Source: Candidatus Saccharimonadota bacterium
GTDB lineage: Bacteria > Patescibacteriota > Microgenomatia > UBA1406 > GWC2-37-13
Direction: 5' to 3'
Assembly (NCBI GenBank): GCA_016699265.1
Contig: CP064967.1
Location: forward strand, 780,001-812,000
DNA: 32,000 nt
Part shown: piece by piece, positions 24,704-31,906 of the stretch
How the letters are laid out: each line of letters begins with the position of its first letter
Numbering within the stretch: position 1 is the stretch's first letter
Program-made: the position numbers and the translations under genes
The notes under the pieces: generated by a model
What the model was told of the DNA's origin: nothing
The model's database searches: none
The model's input: the letters and a program-made list of their open reading frames with translations, nothing else

Positions 24704-26091
24704 TTTTTTTTATAAAGATAGAAGTGTCCAATCTTCGTTATTAAAAGATATTTTTTTTCTTTATTCAGCCTTCGTATCAATCCCCGCTCTTCCTGTTTAG
24801 GTCCGTAGTTGTCAATTACCCTGTTCTGATCTATGAGAGCAATGAACTGTGCAGACTCAGTTGCATATGGAAGCATGTATGCCTCTTTTCGTTGAGAAAC
24901 ATGTCCATGTATCTCGGTCGATGAAGTAACTGATGCTGATTGTGGAATGGACTGAAGTATTTTTTCAAATTCAATATCTTCTTGCGTTACACGATACACG
25001 ATACACCAACAAGACTCGGTAGTTGGGAGTGGACTGTAATGATAATTCGTCCTTAATACTATGAGCAAAGCACCTCCCACTACTATGCCTGATACCACCG
25101 CTGCCTTTGATCTTATTAACGATGAAAAGTATCTCACTCCGTAGATGGATGCGATGAGTAAGATCGGTATGATACCCGAAGTATAGTGGTACTGAATAGA
25201 GTGCATCTCTGAGTGAGAGCTGAGAACATTAATCACAATCTCTGGGCCGGCAAGTAATAACCACGGAAATCCAAATAATGGTAAGAAACCGAAAGACCTG
25301 AGAAGAAGATTGTAGTAGTTCTGAATTTCAGGTAGAAATAATACGCGATTCATCAGAGAACCAACACCATCATTTTGATACCAAGCGAGTGCCCAGTGCT
25401 CCCCGGATTGGCTAAATTTTGGCATCAGAATAAAAAACAAGAAGCAGAACCATAGTCCTGAGATGAGTGAGGTTAGTACGCCAATCTTTCTATTCTTAAA
25501 CACGACCCAAAGCGAAATTCCAAAGAGAAAAACCTGTAGGGCCGTTTCTTCTTTGGTAAGAAGTATTAATACAAACCACAGCCAATACCACTTCCATCTT
25601 TTATTGAGCGCGCAGTAGAACAAGGACAAGAATGCGGGAACCATAAAAGATACAGTATGAAAGTCGAAAATATTCACCCACTGGATGAGAGGGTTGAGAA
25701 GGTAGATTAGTACAAAACCAAGCGCAACGGCTCTATTTCTCAGCACTGACTTTGCAATAAGAAATAATGGAACTGCACCAAGCCCAAGATAGATTGACTG
25801 CACGATGAGGAGTATTCTTGGATTAGACCAAAGGGCGTATAACGGAGCAAAAAGCACAAGCAAAAAATCACCGTGCACAGCCAACCTAGATACATTTTGA
25901 CCATTATTGGTTAAGGAAAAAAAGTTTCCATTGAGCGTATTCCAAACGGTTTGATCCATATTCCCTAGATCGAGCGCTGAAGCAAATGCATTGTGACGAA
26001 GAATCGAAAGCGTAGAAAATGTGATGATATAGACACCTATTAGAATGGCTAGAAGAAGTTTGTCCCAATTTTTTTGGATTAACGAAAGCAT
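24700..26091 (-). CDS. DUF2079 polytopic membrane protein (putative glycosyltransferase-C-like)
   Basis: N-terminal LRHNAFASALDLGNMDQTVWNTLNGNFF is the DUF2079 hallmark, followed by more than 10 TM helices. TGTTATAAT lies 5 nt upstream of the ATG. Confidence 0.7.
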   Translation of the reverse strand: MLSLIQKNWDKLLLAILIGVYIITFSTLSILRHNAFASALDLGNMDQTVWNTLNGNFFSLTNNGQNVSRLAVHGDFLLVLFAPLYALWSNPRILLIVQSIYLGLGAVPLFLIAKSVLRNRAVALGFVLIYLLNPLIQWVNIFDFHTVSFMVPAFLSLFYCALNKRWKWYWLWFVLILLTKEETALQVFLFGISLWVVFKNRKIGVLTSLISGLWFCFLFFILMPKFSQSGEHWALAWYQNDGVGSLMNRVLFLPEIQNYYNLLLRSFGFLPLFGFPWLLLAGPEIVINVLSSHSEMHSIQYHYTSGIIPILLIASIYGVRYFSSLIRSKAAVVSGIVVGGALLIVLRTNYHYSPLPTTESCWCIVYRVTQEDIEFEKILQSIPQSASVTSSTEIHGHVSQRKEAYMLPYATESAQFIALIDQNRVIDNYGPKQEERGLIRRLNKEKKYLLITKIGHFYLYKKN

Positions 26092-26122
26092 ACTCGATTA
26101 TAACAATCTAGCCAAATAAAAA

Positions 26123-26163
26123 GCGCAACCTCCAAACACATTTCTGTATCCTGAGCGTTGCGC
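26123..26163 (-). terminator. possible intrinsic terminator after the RRM gene
   Basis: A 7-bp GC-rich stem (GCGCAAC/GTTGCGC) is followed on the minus strand by TTTTTATTT. The loop is long (27 nt), hence the low confidence. Confidence 0.35.
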
Positions 26164-26193
26164 GATTTATATTGTTTCGTTTAAAAGAAATGA

Positions 26194-26469
26194 TTATCTT
26201 CCAAAACCACCCTCACGTTTAACCTGAGGTTTAGCTTTGTTAACGACGATCTTTCGACCTTCGACTTCTTTACCATCCATTTCAAGTGCTTTTTCAGCAG
26301 AATCTTGGCTAGCAAAAGTAACGAATCCGAAACCTTTTGATCTTCCTGAATCTCTGTCCATGATGACAACAGCGTCAGTGATCTCACCGTACTGCGCAAA
26401 TAAATCACGAAGTGAATCGTTGTTTACTGCCCAAGGTAGGCTTCCGATAAATAATTTATTATTATCCAT
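26194..26469 (-). CDS. RRM-type RNA-binding protein
   Basis: RNP-2 LFIGSL, RNP-1 KGFGFVTF, and a short Gly/Arg C-tail. An SD-like AGGTGA lies about 9 nt upstream. Confidence 0.85.
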   Translation of the reverse strand: MDNNKLFIGSLPWAVNNDSLRDLFAQYGEITDAVVIMDRDSGRSKGFGFVTFASQDSAEKALEMDGKEVEGRKIVVNKAKPQVKREGGFGR

Positions 26470-26689
26470 TTTATATTTTCACCTGCCTTCCGTAGTAATT
26501 CTCCAATTGATATGGGGAATTCGCAAAAATAGTAGCTTTAGTAAGGATTATTATCATTAAGTTGGGTCGAAGCTTTAGTTTTATACCTTTTCGTGCAGAT
26601 AAACAATAAGCAGATTATCTTTAACTAAAATAATAATACCATATAGATACCTATATTGCAAGATGATCGAAGAACTCCTATAAGGGCCT

Positions 26690-26718
26690 TTGACAGAAAA
26701 ATTGCCGGCGCTTATAAT
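26690..26718 (+). promoter_or_regulatory. consensus sigma-70 promoter TTGACA-17-TATAAT
   Basis: TTGACA at 26690-26695, an exactly 17-nt spacer, then TATAAT at 26713-26718, 19 nt upstream of ATG 26738. The TTG 'start' of the listed ORF is the -35 box itself. Confidence 0.6.
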
Positions 26719-26737
26719 AGGTCAAGTTTTTTTAAAC

Positions 26738-27562
26738 ATGGCAAAGCGAACTCAAAGCGATCAAATTCAGCTTCCAACGGGTATCACGACCAAGAAGGGT
26801 TGGTTTATTTCTTTTGAGAAAATTCATGAGATGTTTGCAAAGACTAACTATGGCTACATTCTCAAGCACCGCATTCGATGGAACATGTTTAAGCCAACAG
26901 AGTACTCCGGCTATGAATGGGAACGGACTCTAGGTCCTGATGCGAATAATCTTGATCATCTACTCGTAGCATATGAGCAAACTAAAGACTTCCTTAAGAA
27001 TGAGGGTCGTTTTACTAAAAAGGAACAGGAACAGTTGCTTTTCACCTCTATCGTACATGACTGGGCTGAGCCTGCGGTCGGAGACATCATGCGCTACGTA
27101 AAAACTAAACAGGATGACGAGCGAGAACTTAAGCTTCTCAAAAACGTTCTACATGAGGTACTTGGACAGGATGTTGATCCAAGCACGATTCAAAAAACCT
27201 GTGATATCCTCCGAAATAAAGATTCGAAACTTGGAAGAGCATTCAACACGATCGAAACTATCGGATATTTTGAGACGGCTTTTCGAGCATGGGGACAAAG
27301 TAAAAAGGTAAATGGAGACATGAAAATGAGGCTAAAATGGCTAACGAGCAATGTTTTATTAGTCGACATTTCTAAACTTATTGAACGGGCGCGGCAGTAT
27401 AAATCGGCAGACATTCTGCTCAATAAGTACAATAATGTAATTCAGGATGCATTTACAACCATGCCCGATTCTGCCTTCAAATTTCACCGCCACAACAAGA
27501 TAGAACACTATCAAAAGCTCTTCGAAAAACAAAAAAAACTGTGGCTCAGATATAACAAGTAA
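26738..27562 (+). CDS. HD-domain phosphohydrolase (YfbR/HDDC2-like)
   Basis: SIVHDWAEPAVGDIM...KQDDERE matches the HD...E..GD...E metal-site pattern of YfbR-type 5'-nucleotidases. Start set downstream of the consensus promoter. Confidence 0.6.
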   Translation: MAKRTQSDQIQLPTGITTKKGWFISFEKIHEMFAKTNYGYILKHRIRWNMFKPTEYSGYEWERTLGPDANNLDHLLVAYEQTKDFLKNEGRFTKKEQEQLLFTSIVHDWAEPAVGDIMRYVKTKQDDERELKLLKNVLHEVLGQDVDPSTIQKTCDILRNKDSKLGRAFNTIETIGYFETAFRAWGQSKKVNGDMKMRLKWLTSNVLLVDISKLIERARQYKSADILLNKYNNVIQDAFTTMPDSAFKFHRHNKIEHYQKLFEKQKKLWLRYNK

Positions 27563-27627
27563 GGTCGGTGTACGACCTCGTAGGTCGTACAGGCAAACAT
27601 GTTATACTGGATATTTCTATAAACATG

Positions 27628-27636
27628 TGGTATAAT
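27628..27636 (+). promoter_or_regulatory. extended -10 promoter-like element TGGTATAAT with no adjacent ORF
   Basis: A perfect TGnTATAAT; the nearest plus-strand start codon with an SD is about 280 nt downstream (27919). Confidence 0.4.
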
Positions 27637-27918
27637 GTGTCTAGGTTAAGAGAGTAAATCTGCTTACGTTTCTTCGGTAGGAGTTCTTCAAAAAAACTAC
27701 ATACAGAGAAATCAAATATCTCGAATTAAGACGGTCATGAACAACTGATGTTGAAAGGATCCGACTTAAGGAAAACGAGGTGAACACATATTGTTTCATC
27801 TTAGTAATCAGCGAAGTATATTTGGGCAGTTTTACTTTTTTAACCACCTTCTTTTTACCCACACTTCCCTCTGTCAATCGCCCCGATTAGTGGTATCATA
27901 GAACCGGAGGTGAACAAA

Positions 27919-28143
27919 ATGATAGACAACAGCATCAATACTGAATTATTCGAATGTGAGGTCTGTGGCTTCGAAGCCCAATCAAACATTGAGCTCATGG
28001 AGCATTTTGAGCAAAAAGCAAATGATGAGGATCATTTGGAAGCTAATATGAATCCTAAAGGACGTGAAGTTTTGAGTGAGGATTCTGTAGGAGCGCCTGT
28101 TGGAACTCCTGGACACCCAGGAATCGATGAGGGCACAGAATAA
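27919..28143 (+). CDS. small acidic protein with C2H2-like zinc-finger motif
   Basis: GGAGG (27906-27910) lies 8 nt upstream of ATG 27919, and TGGTATCAT (27891-27899) is upstream of that. The motif is FECEVCGFEAQSNIELMEHF (C-x2-C-x12-H). Confidence 0.5.
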   Translation: MIDNSINTELFECEVCGFEAQSNIELMEHFEQKANDEDHLEANMNPKGREVLSEDSVGAPVGTPGHPGIDEGTE

Positions 28144-28180
28144 CTAATAACTATTAGCCTAATTGCCACCGCTCCTTTAT

Positions 28181-29191
28181 CTACACTTTATTCTCTACTC
28201 TTCTCAAGTCTTCAACCATTTTGCCCAATGAGTATCCATGGGGTATCGTTGTTGAATCACCATGGTTCACAAATAACGAAAGATCATCCCCTTCGAGTGT
28301 GTGACCGCAAACGTACAATACCCGTCTAAGTTCTGGGTGCAATTCGGGCACTAATGGGGAACCATCCTCTTTAGTAATGAAGTCATCAGGATGTAAAAGC
28401 GGTGTACGGTCAATATGGGTAAGGGAATACTTCCCGTTGTCGTCCTTATACAACATAGCTTTGCCTACGCTGTAAACGTATAGGCCATTCTCTACCTTAA
28501 TTCCATGAAATATCATTAGAGCCTCACGCTCATTAATCCAAATAGGAGGACTCCCAGTCCCTACCCTCCATGATGCCCAGTCGATATCTTTTGGAAACTC
28601 TAGTTCTCCTGTTTTATCAATTCTGTCATTATTCTCATCCCACGATAATACAAGCAACTTATGATGATTTTTTTCTTGACGGAAGAAGAAAGTGCTAGAG
28701 TCGATTGGTGTCATGTTCTTTCCAGGACCAAAATCTCGGATAATCCTCACGGTAGACGGCTCTATCTTACTTATAGAATCTTGCTCGAGGTACGTTATTG
28801 CAGGATACGGTACTCTTGCTTCCACTGCAGTCATCCCTACCATCACTCTGCCATCGCCAATTATAACAACGCGTGGATCTTCAAGAAGTGAGTCCTTCCC
28901 TTCAGGATGCCATACTACTTCTTTATTAATGACATTATTGCCCATTAATTCAAGCTCAATAAGATCCTCTGGTTTACCTAAATTCATATTTACTAATGGA
29001 CCTGAATCTGGTTGTCCGGGCTGACCCGGTTCCAAAACCTGCCGAAGTAGCAGCATTGTTTCCCCTCGTGTAGTCAACCAAGCACCAGCATTAAACATAT
29101 TGTTCAATCCTGGAATTTCCCTGATTTCGCTTATTACGCGTTTGTCCTCTGGAGGAAGAGGAACTTCTCTGTCGAGCACATTACTTGTCAT
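28181..29191 (-). CDS. beta-propeller protein, GH130/DUF1861-like glycosidase or phosphorylase fold (tentative)
   Basis: VGTGSPPIWINEREALMIFHGIKVENGLYVYSVGKAMLYKD...TPLLHPDDF resembles the G.G.PPI...HG....Y..G.A.L...P.L.P blade pattern of GH130/GH43-like propellers. Promoter TTGACC-16-TAATAT lies at 29203-29230. Confidence 0.5.
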   Translation of the reverse strand: MTSNVLDREVPLPPEDKRVISEIREIPGLNNMFNAGAWLTTRGETMLLLRQVLEPGQPGQPDSGPLVNMNLGKPEDLIELELMGNNVINKEVVWHPEGKDSLLEDPRVVIIGDGRVMVGMTAVEARVPYPAITYLEQDSISKIEPSTVRIIRDFGPGKNMTPIDSSTFFFRQEKNHHKLLVLSWDENNDRIDKTGELEFPKDIDWASWRVGTGSPPIWINEREALMIFHGIKVENGLYVYSVGKAMLYKDDNGKYSLTHIDRTPLLHPDDFITKEDGSPLVPELHPELRRVLYVCGHTLEGDDLSLFVNHGDSTTIPHGYSLGKMVEDLRRVENKV

Positions 29192-29303
29192 AACACGACT
29201 ATCATATTAACACTTCCACCAATTAGGTCAATGACAATAGATCGATACTTAATTCTTATGCGTTTATCGTTTTAAATGAAGCTCCTGTGGAATATATAAC
29301 TAA

Positions 29304-30524
29304 CTAATCCACGAAGGTAAGTGCCACCCCTTTTTTACCAGCTCGCCCAGTTCTACCTATACGATGAACATAGTCATCATATGTCTCTGGAGCGTCGTAG
29401 TTAATAACATGAGTTACATTCTCTATGTCCAACCCTCTTGAAGCAACGTCTGTACCAATCAGGATATGTAAATTTCCATTCTTGAAATCGTCGAGAGCTC
29501 TCTGTCTTTGATTCTGAGATTTATTTCCGTGAATCGCAGATGCCTTAAATCCTCGATCGCGAAGGTTTTGCGCCAATCGTTCCATTCCCCATTTTGTTCT
29601 ACCAAAAATTATTACTTTATCAAACTCTGGTTTAGCTAAGAGATCGCACAAGACGTCTAGTTTAAGTTTTCCGCCGCCTACTCTTACAATGTCCTGATCA
29701 ATGTTCTCTGCTGTATTTTGCTGTTTTACCGAGACCATCACCGGATCACTCACAAATGTTCTAAGAACATCCTTCGTCTTCTCATCCACCGTTGCCGAAA
29801 AGAAAAGTGACTGACGTGGTTTTGGCAAAAGCGAAACGAGATACTTCACGTCGTTAATGAAACCCATATCAACCATTCGATCTACCTCATCAAGTACAAC
29901 GTTTTGAAAGTGTCCTAGATTAAGCTCTCTTTGACCAATTAAATCCTTGAGACGGCCGGGAGTGCCGACAACAAAGTTTGGTCTATTTCGCAGTTCGTAC
30001 ATCTGACGTCTAATATTCATTCCTCCAACGGTCGTTACGATACTGAGGCCAGTTCCCTTTGCGAAGATTCTGAACTCATCACCGATCTGAGTGGCAAGTT
30101 CTCGAGTGGGAACTACGATCAGTACTTTTTGATTTTTATCTTTAAAAACCTTGTCAATAAAGGAAATTAAAAATGCTCCCGTTTTACCAGTTCCTGTGTT
30201 GGCAATTCCGATCACATCTCGTCCTGCAAGGATCTCAGGAATTGCTTTTTCTTGGATTGGGGTTGGGTGAAGATATCCACGATCTGCAATGTTTCGCTTA
30301 AGATGATCGATAATTGCGTACTCACTAAACTTGGCTTCAGATACGCTTACCGGTTCGATTACCTGCACCTTTGCTTTTTTTACAAAAAGAGATGGGTCAA
30401 GTCTTTTGATTGGTCTATTGAAGCGAGGTCTAAACTGTGGTTTAGAACCATACGATGTACGCCCACCAAATGAGTTGTTGCCAAAATTTCCACGATTAAA
30501 ACCTCTCGGTTGCGATCTGTTCAT
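29304..30524 (-). CDS. DEAD-box ATP-dependent RNA helicase (DEVD variant) with RG/FG-rich N-terminal tail
   Basis: Q motif PTPIQ, motif I ANTGTGKTGAF, Ia PTRELA, II DEVD, III SAT, and VI HRIGRTGRAG. Confidence 0.9.
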   Translation of the reverse strand: MNRSQPRGFNRGNFGNNSFGGRTSYGSKPQFRPRFNRPIKRLDPSLFVKKAKVQVIEPVSVSEAKFSEYAIIDHLKRNIADRGYLHPTPIQEKAIPEILAGRDVIGIANTGTGKTGAFLISFIDKVFKDKNQKVLIVVPTRELATQIGDEFRIFAKGTGLSIVTTVGGMNIRRQMYELRNRPNFVVGTPGRLKDLIGQRELNLGHFQNVVLDEVDRMVDMGFINDVKYLVSLLPKPRQSLFFSATVDEKTKDVLRTFVSDPVMVSVKQQNTAENIDQDIVRVGGGKLKLDVLCDLLAKPEFDKVIIFGRTKWGMERLAQNLRDRGFKASAIHGNKSQNQRQRALDDFKNGNLHILIGTDVASRGLDIENVTHVINYDAPETYDDYVHRIGRTGRAGKKGVALTFVD

Positions 30525-30537
30525 AAGCTAGTTATAT

Positions 30538-30604
30538 AGTTATAAAGTTGTAAAGTTATAAAGTTTTTGACCTTATGGACTTTATAGACCTTAAGGACTT
30601 TCGA
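30538..30604 (-). repeat. tandem short repeats in the helicase 5' leader
   Basis: On the + strand there are 3.5 copies of AGTTRTAA (30538-30568). They are followed by two 18-nt units, GACCTTATGGACTTTATA / GACCTTAAGGACTTTCGA, identical at 15 of 18 positions (30569-30604). Confidence 0.7.
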
Positions 30605-30703
30605 CACAATGTGTGCCGCTTGCTCAAAAAGTGAAGTCGTCTATTTATGTAGTAAATACGAAGTCAAGTATAAGCAATCTTCAAGATAATTCTTGAATAC
30701 TAT

Positions 30704-30712
30704 AGTATACCA
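30704..30712 (-). promoter_or_regulatory. extended -10 promoter-like element TGGTATACT for the helicase
   Basis: The minus strand reads TGGTATACT. It would give a leader of about 170 nt that contains the repeats. Confidence 0.4.
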
Positions 30713-30722
30713 TAGATCCAAC

Positions 30723-31124
30723 CTAATCTATGAGGTCCTTCTCTTTTAGATATGCGAAGATGATACGATCTACGGGAGATAAGAGCTTGGGGTCGGTATC
30801 TGACGTAAGCCAACTCATCTCTTCAATTTCCATGGATGGTGTTAATTCTCCCTTATACTTGCCGGTGTAGCATGTCATCTGGACAAAAACTCCCTCTGGT
30901 TTTCCGTGAGCCTGTGCTTTGAAAGTCCCAAGATATTTCAAGGTATCGGGAACGAGATCTGCAGTAAGTTCTTCTTTAATTTCACGAATTATTGTCTGCT
31001 GATCTGATTCTCCTGCCTCGCGTTTTCCTCCGGGAAGATACCAAGCATCTTTTCCTTTGGACCGTGTCGAAAGAATCTTCCGATCCTTAATATAGATCCA
31101 GGCAAGTTTATCTATGAGATTCAT
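30723..31124 (-). CDS. Nudix hydrolase (MutT-like)
   Basis: Canonical Nudix box GGKREAGESDQQTIIREIKEELTADL. ATG 31124 (MNLIDKLAWIYI) is chosen, which avoids overlap with the upstream small gene. Confidence 0.8.
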   Translation of the reverse strand: MNLIDKLAWIYIKDRKILSTRSKGKDAWYLPGGKREAGESDQQTIIREIKEELTADLVPDTLKYLGTFKAQAHGKPEGVFVQMTCYTGKYKGELTPSMEIEEMSWLTSDTDPKLLSPVDRIIFAYLKEKDLID

Positions 31125-31146
31125 GTAGAAAGTATAGCAGGAGGAG

Positions 31147-31374
31147 TTAGAACTTGAAGACTTCGAGTAGTCGGTAGACAAAGAATGCTGGCCAGAGTAT
31201 CGCCTTCAATATCGCAACAACAACCTCTTGAAAAGTATTGGAGTGCTGTAGATAGAACACAGCCGCCCCAATCATTCCTAATCCATACATACCATTTCCG
31301 CCGTGATGACCGTAATTCTTACGACTACCACAGTCATGATCACACTCACAGTTCTTATCTTTTACTTTTGCCAT
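31147..31374 (-). CDS. small membrane protein with Cys/His-rich N-terminus
   Basis: CECDHDCGSRKNYGHHGG followed by two hydrophobic helices. TGATATAGT/GAGGG lies upstream. Confidence 0.45.
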   Translation of the reverse strand: MAKVKDKNCECDHDCGSRKNYGHHGGNGMYGLGMIGAAVFYLQHSNTFQEVVVAILKAILWPAFFVYRLLEVFKF

Positions 31375-31399
31375 ACACCCTCACTATATCAATTCTTAA

Positions 31400-31630
31400 T
31401 TACTTATCAAGTGATAAATCACTCTCCCAAAAAATTTGAGGAACGGACTTTCCATTCAAAACAATATCTTCTAGAAACATATGCTTTGGTCTTACCCAGA
31501 GCTTACTCCTTGGATTGTCATACAAGCATTCATATACGACCATCTCCTCGAGAGTTTCTGAGTGAAGAGCCACACCGATTGCTCGATACATATTTCCCGT
31601 CTTTGAGTGCCTATATCTTCCTAACTTCAT
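31400..31630 (-). CDS. DUF1653 family protein
   Basis: GRYRHSKTGNMYRAIGVALHSETLEEMVVYECLYDNPRSKLWVRP matches the DUF1653 pattern. Confidence 0.7.
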   Translation of the reverse strand: MKLGRYRHSKTGNMYRAIGVALHSETLEEMVVYECLYDNPRSKLWVRPKHMFLEDIVLNGKSVPQIFWESDLSLDK

Positions 31631-31648
31631 TTGTATTTAGTTGTTGAA

Positions 31649-31900
31649 TTATTTTCCCCAACGCCAGCGAGGCTTCTCCCCTGTTTTATAGCAGATGGCA
31701 ATGAGTACCAATGTAAGCACGATTGATTGAATAAGAAAAGGACGCAGCGTATCGCTGTTTGAATGAGATATCGAGTCGAGCCACATAAAATTCCAAATCT
31801 CAATTACGAGGAATGTGAAGAGAACCAACCATCCCTGCCAAGTAGCAGGATACCATCCCCACCCGTAGTTCTTTGACTTAAACCATTTAATATTTTTCAT
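31649..31900 (-). CDS. small two/three-TM membrane protein
   Basis: Trp-rich ends (GWGWYPATWQGW ... KPRWRWGK) flank hydrophobic helices. Confidence 0.45.
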   Translation of the reverse strand: MKNIKWFKSKNYGWGWYPATWQGWLVLFTFLVIEIWNFMWLDSISHSNSDTLRPFLIQSIVLTLVLIAICYKTGEKPRWRWGK

Positions 31901-31906
31901 ATATTT

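Noticed and set aside
26690-26737. TTG 26690 as the start of the HD-domain gene, and likewise GTG 1284 for the MFS gene.
   Set aside because: TTG 26690 is the first half of a perfect TTGACA -35 box of a consensus promoter whose -10 lies inside the putative N-terminal extension. GTG 1284 lies in the divergent promoter spacer and adds a non-hydrophobic extension before the first TM helix.
27641-27877. 78-aa minus-strand ORF (TTG start) in the HD / zinc-finger intergenic region.
   Set aside because: It has a non-ATG start with no SD or promoter. The sequence is low-complexity and compositionally odd (KKKVVKKVK.., Ser/Leu-rich). It overlaps plus-strand promoter-like elements. The region is treated as non-coding.
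30538-30604. Tandem repeats upstream of the helicase as a possible mini CRISPR array.
   Set aside because: The units are only 8 and 18 nt, directly abutting with no spacers. There are no cas genes, and they lie inside a 5' leader. They are recorded as regulatory repeats instead.
2126-31647. All other short ORFs (60-110 aa) nested inside or antisense to larger genes. These are 2126-2314, 2974-3297, 6113-6517, 7493-7687, 8295-8498, 8634-8897, 9207-9504, 9705-10209, 10992-11288, 12492-13070 and 13456-13641. Also 14959-15204, 16008-16208, 17992-18201, 18717-18947, 20766-20978, 21014-21955, 22537-22782 and 23197-23403. Also 26181-26560, 27114-27432, 28661-29024, 30252-30531 and 31185-31647.
   Set aside because: Each is fully overlapped by a longer ORF with recognisable family motifs or better coding context. 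None shows a recognisable motif, SD or promoter of its own.
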